NCBI GenBank assembly: GCA_017934955.1
Contig: JAGBIO010000025.1
Location: 72,787-104,786 of the forward strand
From: Clostridia bacterium
GTDB taxonomy: Bacteria > Bacillota > Clostridia > TANB77 > RGIG9151
Reading direction: 5' to 3'
Length of the DNA: 32,000 nucleotides
Shown here: positions 1-9,150 of the stretch, one piece after another
Position numbering within the stretch: position 1 is the first letter of the stretch
How the letters are laid out: each line of letters begins with the position of its first letter
Made by a program: the position numbers and the translations under genes
The notes under the pieces: model-generated
Databases searched by the model: none
What the model was told of the DNA's origin: nothing
What the model saw: only the letters and a program-made list of their open reading frames with translations

Positions 1-231
1 ATAGTTTGTATAATGTAAAGAAGATGGGATAGTAATATGGTATAGAGGATGGTGCCGTAAAAACGAAGGAACAGAAGAAAATGGGGTAAATTTGACAAAA
101 TTACGTTTTTGTGTTAACATAAAATTATAAAGACATACATGAAAGGAGATAAAAATTTTTTTATTGCCGGTCGTTAAACTATCAGATGTTGTATTAAAAA
201 AGAACTGGACGTTAAAGGAGGATAAAATAAT

Positions 232-666
232 ATGTTGAATCTCGTGATGATCTTTGGTTTGTTTGTGGGTTGCGTTGTTTTGACGTGCCTGGTTGAGAGG
301 AAGCAGTTAAAGAGTTGCAAGTGGAGAATTTTGTTTGTGTGGATTGCATTCGTATTTTGTACATTTGTTGCTATGCTTGATATCGTTCTGCGCCCGATTC
401 ATGTCGAAACGCTTCAGGTTCTCGAAGAGGAACGCTATGTGTTTGACACGTTTGAACTGAGCTTTAAGAACTATGGTGCTAAGTTTGAAGGGATGACTAC
501 GGAAGGAAAAACAATTTCTAAGAGTCTTTTTCAATGTGGCGGAGTTTATGGAGAATCGGCGACTATGATTGTCCACCCGGTAATTGTGGAGAAAACCTAT
601 TTCTTGAGGGGAAAAATCCAAGAGCGAGAGGAGACATACGAAATCTTTATTGGGAGTGGCGAATAA
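232..666 (+). CDS. hypothetical membrane protein (two N-terminal TM helices)
   Basis: 144-aa ORF with AAGGAGG about 10 nt upstream of the ATG. Hydrophobic N-terminus (LVMIFGLFVGCVVLTCLV, ILFVWIAFVFCTFVAML). Followed by hairpin ggcgaataatcgcc plus a T-run. No family recognised. Confidence 0.6.
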   Translation: MLNLVMIFGLFVGCVVLTCLVERKQLKSCKWRILFVWIAFVFCTFVAMLDIVLRPIHVETLQVLEEERYVFDTFELSFKNYGAKFEGMTTEGKTISKSLFQCGGVYGESATMIVHPVIVEKTYFLRGKIQEREETYEIFIGSGE

Positions 667-757
667 TCGCCCTCTTTTTTTGTTAAATTTTATCTAACAA
701 ATTTTCAAAAAATTTGGAGACACTAACGGTAATAGACTTTTTTGGGGGTTAAAGGGT

Positions 758-1543
758 ATGAGAAAATTTTTAACTTTTTTTATTGCAAGAGTAAGAAAGT
801 TTAGGGATATCCGTCCGAAATCTGTGATTGCGTTGACAGGTATGTTTCTTATTTTTATCCCGTTTGTGGCTTCTTATGCAGCGGCCTTTCCGGTGCAGTC
901 GGCGGGATTCAGTGAGTGTACGGTTCATGCGACGAATTTGAATATTCGGAGCGGTCCGGGTTCGAATTATAAAATTGTAAAGACTGTTTCGAAGGGGACG
1001 AAATTAAAGGCATATGGAAGAATTTACGGTTGGTATTTGGTGCAGACGTCGGATAATACCTTTGGTATGGTGAATGGCTGGTATATTACGCCGGCGACAG
1101 CGTCTGCGGGAAGTGGCAGCGGTTCTTCTTCGGAAAATACTACTACGACAACGTTGGGGATGACGAGTGATGAGAAGAAAATTTTTGATTTGGTGAATGA
1201 GGCAAGAAGAAATGCGGGATTGAGTGAATTAAAATCCGATCCGGAAATTTTAAGAGTGGCTCGGATTAAATCGAAGGATATGGTGGATAATAATTATTTT
1301 TCGCATACGTCGCCGATTTATGGAACGCCGTTTCAAATGTTGAAAAATTTTGGAATAAGTTATCGCTCGGCGGGAGAAAATATTGCGGGAAATTCGAATG
1401 TAGAGGCTGCGTTTAAAGATTGGATGAACTCTTCGGGACATAAAGCGAATATTTTGAATGATTCTTTTAATTATACGGGGATTGGAATTGTGGAAGGCTC
1501 GAAGTATGGGAAGATTTTTACGCAGTTGTTTGTCGGAAAATAG
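758..1543 (+). CDS. SH3b domain + CAP/SCP (YkwD-like) domain secreted protein
   Basis: N-terminal signal/anchor. SH3b-like block (NLNIRSGPGSNYKIVKTVSKGTKLKAYGRIYGWYLV). Ser/Gly/Thr linker. C-terminal YkwD/CAP-like block (NNYFSHTSPIYGTPFQML...GENIAGN...WMNSSGHKANIL). Confidence 0.8.
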   Translation: MRKFLTFFIARVRKFRDIRPKSVIALTGMFLIFIPFVASYAAAFPVQSAGFSECTVHATNLNIRSGPGSNYKIVKTVSKGTKLKAYGRIYGWYLVQTSDNTFGMVNGWYITPATASAGSGSGSSSENTTTTTLGMTSDEKKIFDLVNEARRNAGLSELKSDPEILRVARIKSKDMVDNNYFSHTSPIYGTPFQMLKNFGISYRSAGENIAGNSNVEAAFKDWMNSSGHKANILNDSFNYTGIGIVEGSKYGKIFTQLFVGK

Positions 1544-1545
1544 CT

Positions 1546-1569
1546 GGACACCATGAATGGTGTCCGTAC
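1546..1569. repeat. solo REP-like hairpin, C:G variant (ggacaccatgaatggtgtcc + gtac)
   Basis: Perfect 9+9 palindrome of the same family as ggacagcatgaatgctgtcc, with both arms changed in concert. With its flanks it reads TGGACA-16-TACAAT (1545-1572) facing the ger operon. Confidence 0.85.
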
Positions 1570-1629
1570 AATTAGTTTCTTTTTTATGAAAAGTGCTAAA
1601 AAAACAGAGGAAGAAAGGAGGTTGGCGGA

Positions 1630-3099
1630 ATGTTTAATTTATGGCAAATTGATCGAAAAGTAAAGGAACTTCCTCAGATTACAATCAAGGGAAAATTGAC
1701 TTCGGACAAAGCGAAAGAGGTATTGGGAGATAGCAATGATGTGCTTGTGAAGGATATTTATACCGGGAATAAAAGCGTTAAAATTCAGGCGATTGGGATT
1801 GATGGGTTGATTGACAGTGATGTGATTGATAACTATGTATTAAGGCCATTTACGAATATTGCTTTGAATAAGACGGAAAAAGATCTTTATGAGATGTGTA
1901 AGAATGGCGTAATTTACCATATTTCACAAAAAGAAATAAAAGACATTAACGAAGCGGTAGAAAATATTTTGCAGGGAAATACGGTTGTCTTTTTTGATCA
2001 TTTGGAGAAGGCAGTTAGTTTTGATGCGAAGAATTTACCGGCACGAAGCATTACTGAGCCGGAAAATGAGAGTGTTTTAAAAGGCGCGAAGGATGCTTTT
2101 ATTGAGTCGATTCGTGTGAATACAGGTTTGGTGCGGAAAAAATTGAAAACCCCGATGTTGCGGTTAGAGAGTTTTACCGTTGGAAAAGAGGCGGTTACGA
2201 AGTTAAATATTGTTTATATTGAAGGGGTTACGGATGAGGATTTATTAAATAAGGTGCGAGAAAAAATCAAAAATATAGATATGAACGATTTGATTTCTGC
2301 CGGAAAATTCGAAATCTGTATGAAAGATTATAAATATTCGCTTTTTCCGCAGTTATTGTTTACCGAAAGGGTGGAAAAGTTTTGTGCGAATATTTGTGAT
2401 GGAAAAGTGGGCGTGTTAATTGACGGACTTCCGATTGCGTATCTGTTACCGGGTGTATTTTCTACCTATTTTCAGGCACCGGAAGATTATTCTCAAAATT
2501 ATGTGTTAAGTTCCGGTATTCGCTTACTGCGGTATATTTGTTTTATTATTACCTTGGTTTTGCCGGCGTTGTATATTGCAATTACTATGTTTCATCATGA
2601 AATGATGCCAACCGATTTGGCAATATCAATTATTGAGAGTAAAGAAGGAGTTCCGTTTGATACTGCGGTTGAAATTGTTATTATGTTGGTTGCTTTTGAG
2701 CTTTTGTTAGAGGCAAGTTTGCGGTTACCGAAGACGATTGGCTCGACGATTTCGATTATCGGAGGTTTGATTGTGGGAGAAGCGGCAGTTAATGCGAAAT
2801 TTATTTCTCCGGCAGTTGTGGTAATTATTGCGTTTACGGGAATTACGGGCTTTGTGATTCCGAATCAGGAAATGTCAAATGCTTTGCGGGTTTGCAGAAT
2901 CTTTTTGGTAATTTGTGCTTCTTTGGCGGGAATGTTTGGAATTTCCTTTGGGCTTTTGTTTATTTTGTATTATTTATGTAGTATAGAGGTTCTTGGTGTT
3001 CCTTATATGGTCCCGTTTGTGGCGAATGGGGGAAAGAATATGTTAAAGGATACCATAATTCGATTACCTCGTGATTTGTTTGGAGGAAAAGATGATTAA
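1630..3099 (+). CDS. spore germination protein, GerA-family A subunit
   Basis: 489 aa. Soluble N-terminal part plus C-terminal multi-TM region with GerA-family signature (IGSTISIIGGLIVGEAAVNAKFISPAVVVIIAFTGITGF). GGAGG upstream. Followed by C- and B-type subunits. Confidence 0.85.
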   Translation: MFNLWQIDRKVKELPQITIKGKLTSDKAKEVLGDSNDVLVKDIYTGNKSVKIQAIGIDGLIDSDVIDNYVLRPFTNIALNKTEKDLYEMCKNGVIYHISQKEIKDINEAVENILQGNTVVFFDHLEKAVSFDAKNLPARSITEPENESVLKGAKDAFIESIRVNTGLVRKKLKTPMLRLESFTVGKEAVTKLNIVYIEGVTDEDLLNKVREKIKNIDMNDLISAGKFEICMKDYKYSLFPQLLFTERVEKFCANICDGKVGVLIDGLPIAYLLPGVFSTYFQAPEDYSQNYVLSSGIRLLRYICFIITLVLPALYIAITMFHHEMMPTDLAISIIESKEGVPFDTAVEIVIMLVAFELLLEASLRLPKTIGSTISIIGGLIVGEAAVNAKFISPAVVVIIAFTGITGFVIPNQEMSNALRVCRIFLVICASLAGMFGISFGLLFILYYLCSIEVLGVPYMVPFVANGGKNMLKDTIIRLPRDLFGGKDD

Positions 3100-4306
3100 A
3101 CGAATCTATTTTTTTATCTATTTAGTGATTTTTATCGTGTTTTTGAGTTGGAGTGAAAAAATTATTCCAACACGGAATGAAATTAGTGAATTACAGTTAA
3201 GCCGAGTTGCCGGTTTTGATGTAGAGGAGCCGTCGAAAAAGGTTCAATTTTCTTTGGTGGTAGATAGTGAGAAGGAAAAATCAAAAAACGCTTCTTCAGA
3301 TCAGAACAGTAATTCCGGTAAAAAAGAAAATGTGATTACCGTTACGTCGGATACCTTTGCGATGTGTTTACAAGGGTTACAAGGTTATCGGGAAAAGACT
3401 TTTACGACGGGGCACATTAAAAATATTTTAATCGGAGAGAATGCTGCAAAAAACGGGTTGGTAGAGGAATTTGATTTTGCTGCCAGAAATTATGACCTGC
3501 GATTTGATACGAATGTTTATGTGACAAAGGATACTTCCGCAAAAGATTTTTTGATTACCGGAACGAAAGAAGTTTCTTCTCTTAATGCAGGAATTGAGAA
3601 TTTATCGACGACTTTACGGGGAGCGAGCGCGCCGGGAGATTATAAAGTGGTGGATATTCTAAAAATGCTAACCTCCGAGCAGAAGAGTGGCTTGATTCCT
3701 GCTGTTGAATTAGTGAAGGAAGAAGAGGAGAAAAAGGAATGGAGAATTGAAAATTCAGAAGAAAAAGGCGAATCAGTACGAATGGAAGTGGCAGGGTACG
3801 GAATCATTAAGGATGCGAAATTGATTAGTTTTTTTAGCGAGGAAGAGTTACATGGCTATAATACGGTAAATGAAAATTATATCAATCTTATGCTTACTTT
3901 AAAAAACGGAGAAGAAAAGGTAGGAATCGATATATCTGACATTAAAGTAAAGAAGAATTTTGTTTTTTCAAAGGATAAATTAGAGGAAGTGAAATTGGAA
4001 ATTGAACTTGTAGGAGATATTACGGAAGTGAGTGACGGAAAGAATTTATTAAAAGAGGGACTTTCATTTTATGAGCAAAAGACTTCTGAAATGGTGACAA
4101 ATTACGTGCTAGATGCCGTAAAAAAGTCGCAGGAAACCGATGTGGATTTTTTGAAGATAAAGCAGTCATTTCGGATGCAACATCCTTATCGTTATGAAAA
4201 GATGAAAGATGACTTTGAAAAAGAATTTTCAACACTTCCGGTAACGGTAGATGTGCAAACAACGATCAATAAAACGTATGGAATGTTTTCGGTTGTAGAG
4301 GAGTAG
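3092..4306 (+). CDS. spore germination protein, Ger(x)C-family subunit
   Basis: Start moved to ATG 3092 (GGAGG 5 nt upstream, ATGATTAA overlap with the upstream stop). N-terminal hydrophobic anchor then a hydrophilic ~380 aa, typical of GerAC/GerKC position and size. No Cys where the lipobox is expected (FLSWSEK). Confidence 0.7.
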   Translation: MIKRIYFFIYLVIFIVFLSWSEKIIPTRNEISELQLSRVAGFDVEEPSKKVQFSLVVDSEKEKSKNASSDQNSNSGKKENVITVTSDTFAMCLQGLQGYREKTFTTGHIKNILIGENAAKNGLVEEFDFAARNYDLRFDTNVYVTKDTSAKDFLITGTKEVSSLNAGIENLSTTLRGASAPGDYKVVDILKMLTSEQKSGLIPAVELVKEEEEKKEWRIENSEEKGESVRMEVAGYGIIKDAKLISFFSEEELHGYNTVNENYINLMLTLKNGEEKVGIDISDIKVKKNFVFSKDKLEEVKLEIELVGDITEVSDGKNLLKEGLSFYEQKTSEMVTNYVLDAVKKSQETDVDFLKIKQSFRMQHPYRYEKMKDDFEKEFSTLPVTVDVQTTINKTYGMFSVVEE

Positions 4307-4321
4307 AAGGGGATAAAAATC

Positions 4322-5410
4322 ATGGAGATTACAAAGGGAAAAATCAGCATCAGACAAGCTTATATTATCGTAATTCTTGCTTTAACGGCACCAAGCTTAC
4401 GTGTTATTCCGAATTATGTGGCGCGGATTGCAAAAGAAGCCGGTTGGGAGACACCTTTTTTAGTGATAATTCCGGGTGTTATTTTGGTGTATGTGATAAA
4501 TTCGTTATTTCAAAAGCATCAAGAAGATAGTTTGTATGAAGTATTTATGAGTGTTTTTGGAAAAACGATTACCAAAATCATCTTTTTGGTATATGGGATA
4601 TGGATTGTATTTTTATGTTCTATGTATCTTAGGATGTTTGGAGAACGTTTTGTGGGAACGTTGTTATTTAATGCGAATATGAGAGCTTTATTGGGGTTAA
4701 TGATGATTTTTGTAGGAATCGCTGTTTTGAAAAAATTTGAGACGTTAGGGCGGCTAAGTGAAATATTATTATTGTTTTTTATCATTTTATTTACGACGGT
4801 AACGCTTGCGATTCTTCCTCAGATTCATTTGGAGAATCTTTATCCGGTTACCTATTATGATACGCTTCCGGTATTAAAGTCTGTTTTGCCGGTGTTCTCA
4901 TTATTTTCCTATATTACGCCGTTAATGATTTTAGGAGATAAGATTAGTCATAAAGATAAATTGAAAACTTACGGGAAAAGAGCTTTGTATGTGTTAGCAG
5001 CATTTTTTCTCATGCTGATTTTATCGACGGTAGGTTTGTTCGGTTATAGCGTGAGTCAGCAGTTTATTTTCCCGTATTATTTTGTGTTAAATAGTGTGAG
5101 TTTGTTTGGAAATGTTGAGCGGCTGGAATCCTTATTTATTTCAACTTGGTTAGCGTCGGATTTTACGATTGTTTTGTTTTTTCTCTTTATGGCGAAGCAA
5201 ACGGCGCAAAAATTACTTCCGATTAAAAAGCAGATTTTTTATGTAATTCCGCTGTGTATTGTCATTTATGTTTTAGCGGTAATGGTGTTTCGAAATGTAA
5301 GTCAGGTTGAGCAGTTTGCAAGTAATATCTTGTATTATATCAATATCGGCTTGTTTGCCTTGATTCCTCTGATTGCACTGATTGTGGGGAAGGTGAGAAA
5401 AGTGGTATGA
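4322..5410 (+). CDS. spore germination protein, Ger(x)B-family permease-like subunit
   Basis: 362 aa with about 10 TM segments. N-terminus ISIRQAYIIVILAL is typical of GerAB/APC-like germinant permeases. Third gene of the operon. Confidence 0.8.
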   Translation: MEITKGKISIRQAYIIVILALTAPSLRVIPNYVARIAKEAGWETPFLVIIPGVILVYVINSLFQKHQEDSLYEVFMSVFGKTITKIIFLVYGIWIVFLCSMYLRMFGERFVGTLLFNANMRALLGLMMIFVGIAVLKKFETLGRLSEILLLFFIILFTTVTLAILPQIHLENLYPVTYYDTLPVLKSVLPVFSLFSYITPLMILGDKISHKDKLKTYGKRALYVLAAFFLMLILSTVGLFGYSVSQQFIFPYYFVLNSVSLFGNVERLESLFISTWLASDFTIVLFFLFMAKQTAQKLLPIKKQIFYVIPLCIVIYVLAVMVFRNVSQVEQFASNILYYINIGLFALIPLIALIVGKVRKVV

Positions 5411-5775
5411 GTGGGATTTTTATGTCTTTTGCGATTGGTTCTGTGTTATATGGAACTATGGAAATTTTATGGCGAGGCTATACGCATTGGACGATGCTAT
5501 TAACGGGTGGCGTTTGTTTGATGGTGTTTTATGTGTTTAATTTGAATTATTTTTATTTACCGCTTTGGCAGAAGTGCTTGGCGGGGGCGTTTATTATTAC
5601 ATCTTTTGAATTTGTGGTGGGATGTATTACGAATATCGGGCTTGGGTGGAATGTTTGGAATTATTCCGGTATGCCGTTTAATTTATATGGTCAAGTTTGT
5701 TTGCTATACACGTTTTTGTGGTTTTTGTTAGGTATTCCGATGGTGTTTTTGTGTAATCGTATTGCGAATTTTTAG
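5407..5775 (+). CDS. small 4-TM membrane protein, translationally coupled to the ger operon
   Basis: ATGA overlap with the upstream stop. 122 aa, all hydrophobic helices. Resembles the 'putative ABC-transporter type IV' (PF06541-like) small membrane proteins, but this is recalled from memory only. Confidence 0.55.
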   Translation: MSGIFMSFAIGSVLYGTMEILWRGYTHWTMLLTGGVCLMVFYVFNLNYFYLPLWQKCLAGAFIITSFEFVVGCITNIGLGWNVWNYSGMPFNLYGQVCLLYTFLWFLLGIPMVFLCNRIANF

Positions 5776-5806
5776 GACAACTGTGATTATTGGGGGAACA
5801 ATATAT

Positions 5807-5898
5807 GGCACAAACCTTGTAGGGACAGCATTTATGCTGTCCTACTTTTCTACCTTTTCTGTGGACAGCATGAATGCTGTCCCTACAGGGTTTGTGCC
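5807..5898. repeat. REPIN-like inverted doublet of GTAG-hairpin units with ggcacaaac/gtttgtgcc outer arms
   Basis: ggcacaaaccttGTAGGGACAGCATTTATGCTGTCC...GGACAGCATGAATGCTGTCCCTACagggtttgtgcc. Followed by T8, so it probably also terminates the ger operon. Confidence 0.9.
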
Positions 5899-5956
5899 AT
5901 TTTTTTTAATTTTAAGTTTAAACTGTAACTGATAAACAAAAAAGAATACTTCTCGG

Positions 5957-5985
5957 TTGACAATAATTGAAAAACGATGTAAAAT
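5957..5985 (+). promoter_or_regulatory. sigma-A-like promoter TTGACA-17-TAAAAT
   Basis: TTGACA 5957-5962, 17-nt spacer, TAAAAT 5980-5985, about 60 nt upstream of the WG-repeat gene. Confidence 0.55.
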
Positions 5986-6044
5986 AATTTGAAAAATCCC
6001 ATTATTTATTTGAACATGTTTTTGTTTGAAGGAGGTAGCGAAAA

Positions 6045-6596
6045 ATGCAAATTCTTATGGATCGTCCCGGTATGGTGGTAAATGGTAAGACGGTATATTT
6101 TAAGGAAATGGATGAAGTCGTGGAAGATGTAAGGCGTGTAGTGAAATATAGCGGGAAAGTAAATTATGTAGATTCTCTTGGAAATTTTGTTTGTCCTAAG
6201 GATTATGAAGAAGGACATCGCTTTGTTCATGGTTTTGCAAGGGTAAAAGAAAATGGACTTTGGGGGTTTGTAAACCACCGTGGTGAGGAGGTTTGCAAAT
6301 GTCAGTTTGAGAAATTACGAGACTCAAAATTTGACTATACCGTTGCATACAAAAATGCAAAATGGTTTTTGATTCACAAAGACGGAACTTTGCTGAATCG
6401 TAAGGGTTACGATGAAATTGTTATTTTCGCAAGCTCGTTTATTCGAGTAAAACAGGATGGAAAGTATGGTTTTCTGAATCAAGAAGGAAAGGCACTTACT
6501 GAGTGCATTTATGATCGCATTTTATCTACCGAGAGGGCAATTTATAATGGGCAAGTGGTAAGCATTTGTTGGTCTGAGAGTAATGAAAAAGTGTAA
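6045..6596 (+). CDS. WG-repeat (KWG-like) containing protein
   Basis: GAAGGAGG upstream. Repeated motifs NGLWGFVNHRGEEV, AKWFLIHKDGTLL, DGKYGFLNQEGKAL. Confidence 0.7.
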   Translation: MQILMDRPGMVVNGKTVYFKEMDEVVEDVRRVVKYSGKVNYVDSLGNFVCPKDYEEGHRFVHGFARVKENGLWGFVNHRGEEVCKCQFEKLRDSKFDYTVAYKNAKWFLIHKDGTLLNRKGYDEIVIFASSFIRVKQDGKYGFLNQEGKALTECIYDRILSTERAIYNGQVVSICWSESNEKV

Positions 6597-6601
6597 TGAA
6601 T

Positions 6602-6636
6602 AAAAAATAGAGCTTGAAAAAGCTCTATTTTTTTTT
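6602..6636. terminator. bidirectional intrinsic terminator
   Basis: A-run, atagagctt-gaaa-aagctctat stem-loop, T9. Lies between convergent genes. Confidence 0.85.
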
Positions 6637-6662
6637 ACAATGAGAAACATAATTGTCTCTGT

Positions 6663-6986
6663 TTATTGTGTATGTTCTTCTTCGTTTTTGATTTCCCAAT
6701 GAATCAGCCATGTGAGGGCGGCTCGGATGGCGATGATGGCGGCGACGATGGTGACTTCGGATAATTCTCTTACGACAACGGTTCTTAAAATCTCGCTTCC
6801 GAGCTTGAATTCGAGCCCCATTGCCATTCCCTTTGCCAAATTTAATTTGGTGAGGGGATTTTTTGTGAAGTAATCGAAGATTCCTCTTATTCCGGCGACG
6901 ATTAGGACAAAAACGCCGATGAATTCAAATAACAAGATGGAATATTCTACAATTGTGATTAATACATTATTTAATATTTCAGACAT
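6663..6986 (-). CDS. DUF1622-like small membrane protein
   Basis: 107 aa, AAGGAGG upstream. Motif GLEFKLGSEILRTVV between TM helices resembles DUF1622. Confidence 0.6.
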   Translation of the reverse strand: MSEILNNVLITIVEYSILLFEFIGVFVLIVAGIRGIFDYFTKNPLTKLNLAKGMAMGLEFKLGSEILRTVVVRELSEVTIVAAIIAIRAALTWLIHWEIKNEEEHTQ

Positions 6987-7061
6987 GTTGACCTCCTTAG
7001 TTTAATATTGTTACCTATATATCGTATTTTTTTCGTGATTCGTTATATGTTTTTTGAGTTC

Positions 7062-7089
7062 GGGACGTTGAGGACGCCGTCCCCTACGG
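7062..7089. repeat. solo/collapsed copy of the second repeat family (gggacgttgaggacgccgtcccctac)
   Basis: On the reverse strand it reads GTAG + GGGACG...CGTCCC hairpin. Its halves match the two termini of the 180-bp element at 18659-18838. Confidence 0.7.
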
Positions 7090-7166
7090 ATTGTGTTTTG
7101 ACAATAACACACTTTTGTTCTTTTTGGCATAGTATAAAGAGAATTTTGTGGTTCATTCTCTAATTT

Positions 7167-7244
7167 GTAGGGACAGCATTTATGCTGTCCGTTTTAGGAA
7201 GGTGTCCGTTTGAGATAACTGGACAACATAAATGCTGTCCCTAC
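7167..7244. repeat. REPIN-like inverted doublet (second arm imperfect)
   Basis: GTAGGGACAGCATTTATGCTGTCC ... GGACAACATAAATGCTGTCCCTAC, directly upstream of the asnB-like ORF. Confidence 0.9.
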
Positions 7245-7293
7245 AGTTTGAGTATTGAAAACAACGGAAAATTAATGTAAAGGAGTGGGATGA

Positions 7294-9015
7294 GTGGGAA
7301 CTTTCGGTGGTATGGTGAAGGATGAGCAGGGTTTTATTGATATCGCGGGCGTGAAAGAGGCGAAGATTTATTCTTACAAGGGCAGGACATTTGTGGTTAC
7401 ATACGATGGCGAGATTTATAATCAGCCGGAATTGAAATCGGAATTGACAAGACGTGGAAATTATTTTGAGACGGAAGAGGATGAGGAGTTTATCCTAAAG
7501 GCTTATACAACATGGCGGGAAGAATGTTTGGAGAAGTTTGAGGGAGTTTTTGCGCTTGGTATTTGGGAAGTGGAAGAGAGACGGTTATTTTTAGCGAGAG
7601 ACCCGATTGGGGCGAAGTCGTTATTCTTTTCGGTTTTAAAATCCGGAATTGTGTTTGCGGGACATGTGAAAGATATTCTTAATACGCGGGAAGTGAGTCC
7701 TCAAGTGACTTACGAAGGAATGGCGGAATTGCTTTGTTTGGGACCGTCGAGAAGACAGACTTCGGCGGTTTTTCGGAATATTTCGCAATTAGAGTCGGGA
7801 ACCTATTTAAAGTATGTGAATGGTTCTATGAAATTGGTGAAATATGCGGAATTGGAGGCTTATGAAAATCAGGAAAGTTTCGAGGAAGTCGTGGATAATA
7901 TTCGGGAAATGGTGATTGATTCGGTTCTTCATCAGTATCGGGCAAATGGGGAGATTGCGACACTATTGTCGGGTGGTTTGGATTCGAGTATTGTGACAAC
8001 AATTGTAGCGGAGGCGTTAAAGCATGATAATCGGACGTTGCGGACGTTTTCGGTAGATTATGAGGATAACGATTTGTTTTTTAAGAGTAATTCCTATCAG
8101 CCGAATTCCGATAATGATTGGATAAAAAAAATGGTAGAGTTTTTGGATACCGATCATCGGGATGTGACGTTGAGAAGTGAGGATTTGGCGGATGCTTTAA
8201 AGGAAGCAATGTTGGCAAGAGGCTTTCCGGGAATGGGAGATATCGACAGTTCGCTACTGTTGTTCTGTAAGAGTATGAAGAAGTATGCGGATGTGGGACT
8301 TGGCGGCGAGTGCGCAGATGAAGTGTTTGGCGGGTATCCGTGGTTTCATCGGGAGGAGCTTAAAAATGCGGATTTCTTTCCTTGGATTCGTTCGGTAAAT
8401 GAGAGAAAGGAATTTGTGAATAAGGAAATTCGGGCAAATGTGAATATTAATGAGTTAGCAAACAGCGTATATCGGGTAGAGATAAATAAAGTGCCGAAGT
8501 TGTATGGAGAGTCGGAGGAAAATAAGCGGATTCGAGAAATCGGGTATCTTACCTATAAATGGTTTTTACCGGTATTATTGGAACGACAGGATAAGATGGC
8601 GGGAAAAGCTGGATTCCATATTCGGGCACCGTTTTGTAACTTTAAGCTGATGAATTATGTATATAACGTTCCATGGGCGTATCGGATTCATGGGGATATG
8701 GAAAAAGGGTTGTTACGCTATGCCTTTCAAGATATTTTGCCGAAAGAAGTGGCGTTTCGTAAGAAGAGTCCGTATCCGAAGACCTTCAATCCGACTTATC
8801 GCGAGATTATGATTCGTGAATTGAAGCATATTTTGGAAAATCCAACCTCGCCGCTTTTGGATGTAGTGGATTGTGACAGAGTCGAAGAATTGATTGCGGA
8901 AGAAGAGAGTGCGAGTCGCCCTTGGTTTGGTCAACTGATGAGGGGTCCGCAAGTGATGGCGTTCTTTATTCAGTTAAATGAGTGGCTAAAGGAGTATCAT
9001 GTTACGATTGTTTGA
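7294..9015 (+). CDS. asparagine synthetase (AsnB-like) lacking the N-terminal Cys nucleophile segment
   Basis: GATase-II remnant (YDGEIYNQPELKSEL, ARDPIGAKSLFF) and an intact synthetase domain (LLSGGLDSS PP-loop). GTG start 8 nt after AAAGGAG with an in-frame TGA immediately upstream. No MCG...HRGPD region anywhere in frame. Confidence 0.75.
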   Translation: MGTFGGMVKDEQGFIDIAGVKEAKIYSYKGRTFVVTYDGEIYNQPELKSELTRRGNYFETEEDEEFILKAYTTWREECLEKFEGVFALGIWEVEERRLFLARDPIGAKSLFFSVLKSGIVFAGHVKDILNTREVSPQVTYEGMAELLCLGPSRRQTSAVFRNISQLESGTYLKYVNGSMKLVKYAELEAYENQESFEEVVDNIREMVIDSVLHQYRANGEIATLLSGGLDSSIVTTIVAEALKHDNRTLRTFSVDYEDNDLFFKSNSYQPNSDNDWIKKMVEFLDTDHRDVTLRSEDLADALKEAMLARGFPGMGDIDSSLLLFCKSMKKYADVGLGGECADEVFGGYPWFHREELKNADFFPWIRSVNERKEFVNKEIRANVNINELANSVYRVEINKVPKLYGESEENKRIREIGYLTYKWFLPVLLERQDKMAGKAGFHIRAPFCNFKLMNYVYNVPWAYRIHGDMEKGLLRYAFQDILPKEVAFRKKSPYPKTFNPTYREIMIRELKHILENPTSPLLDVVDCDRVEELIAEEESASRPWFGQLMRGPQVMAFFIQLNEWLKEYHVTIV

Positions 9016-9036
9016 TTTGGAATTATAATATTTTTT

Positions 9037-9124
9037 CAATCCTTGCAGGGACAGCATTTATGCTGTCCATTCTTTACTGACAGTTACTATTTGGACAGCA
9101 TGAATCCTGTCCCTACAGGGATTG
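9037..9124. repeat. REPIN-like inverted doublet with caatcc/ggattg outer arms
   Basis: caatccttgcaGGGACAGCATTTATGCTGTCC ... GGACAGCATGAATCCTGTCCCTACagggattg. Confidence 0.9.
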
Positions 9125-9150
9125 TTACAACTTAATGGGAGGATGAAAAA

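Noticed and set aside
1-231. A possible promoter TTGACA-17-TAACAT near position 93-121, or a leader RNA, upstream of the first ORF.
   Set aside because: The hexamer match is plausible, but the region is at the window edge and has no further supporting structure. It is not reported as a feature.
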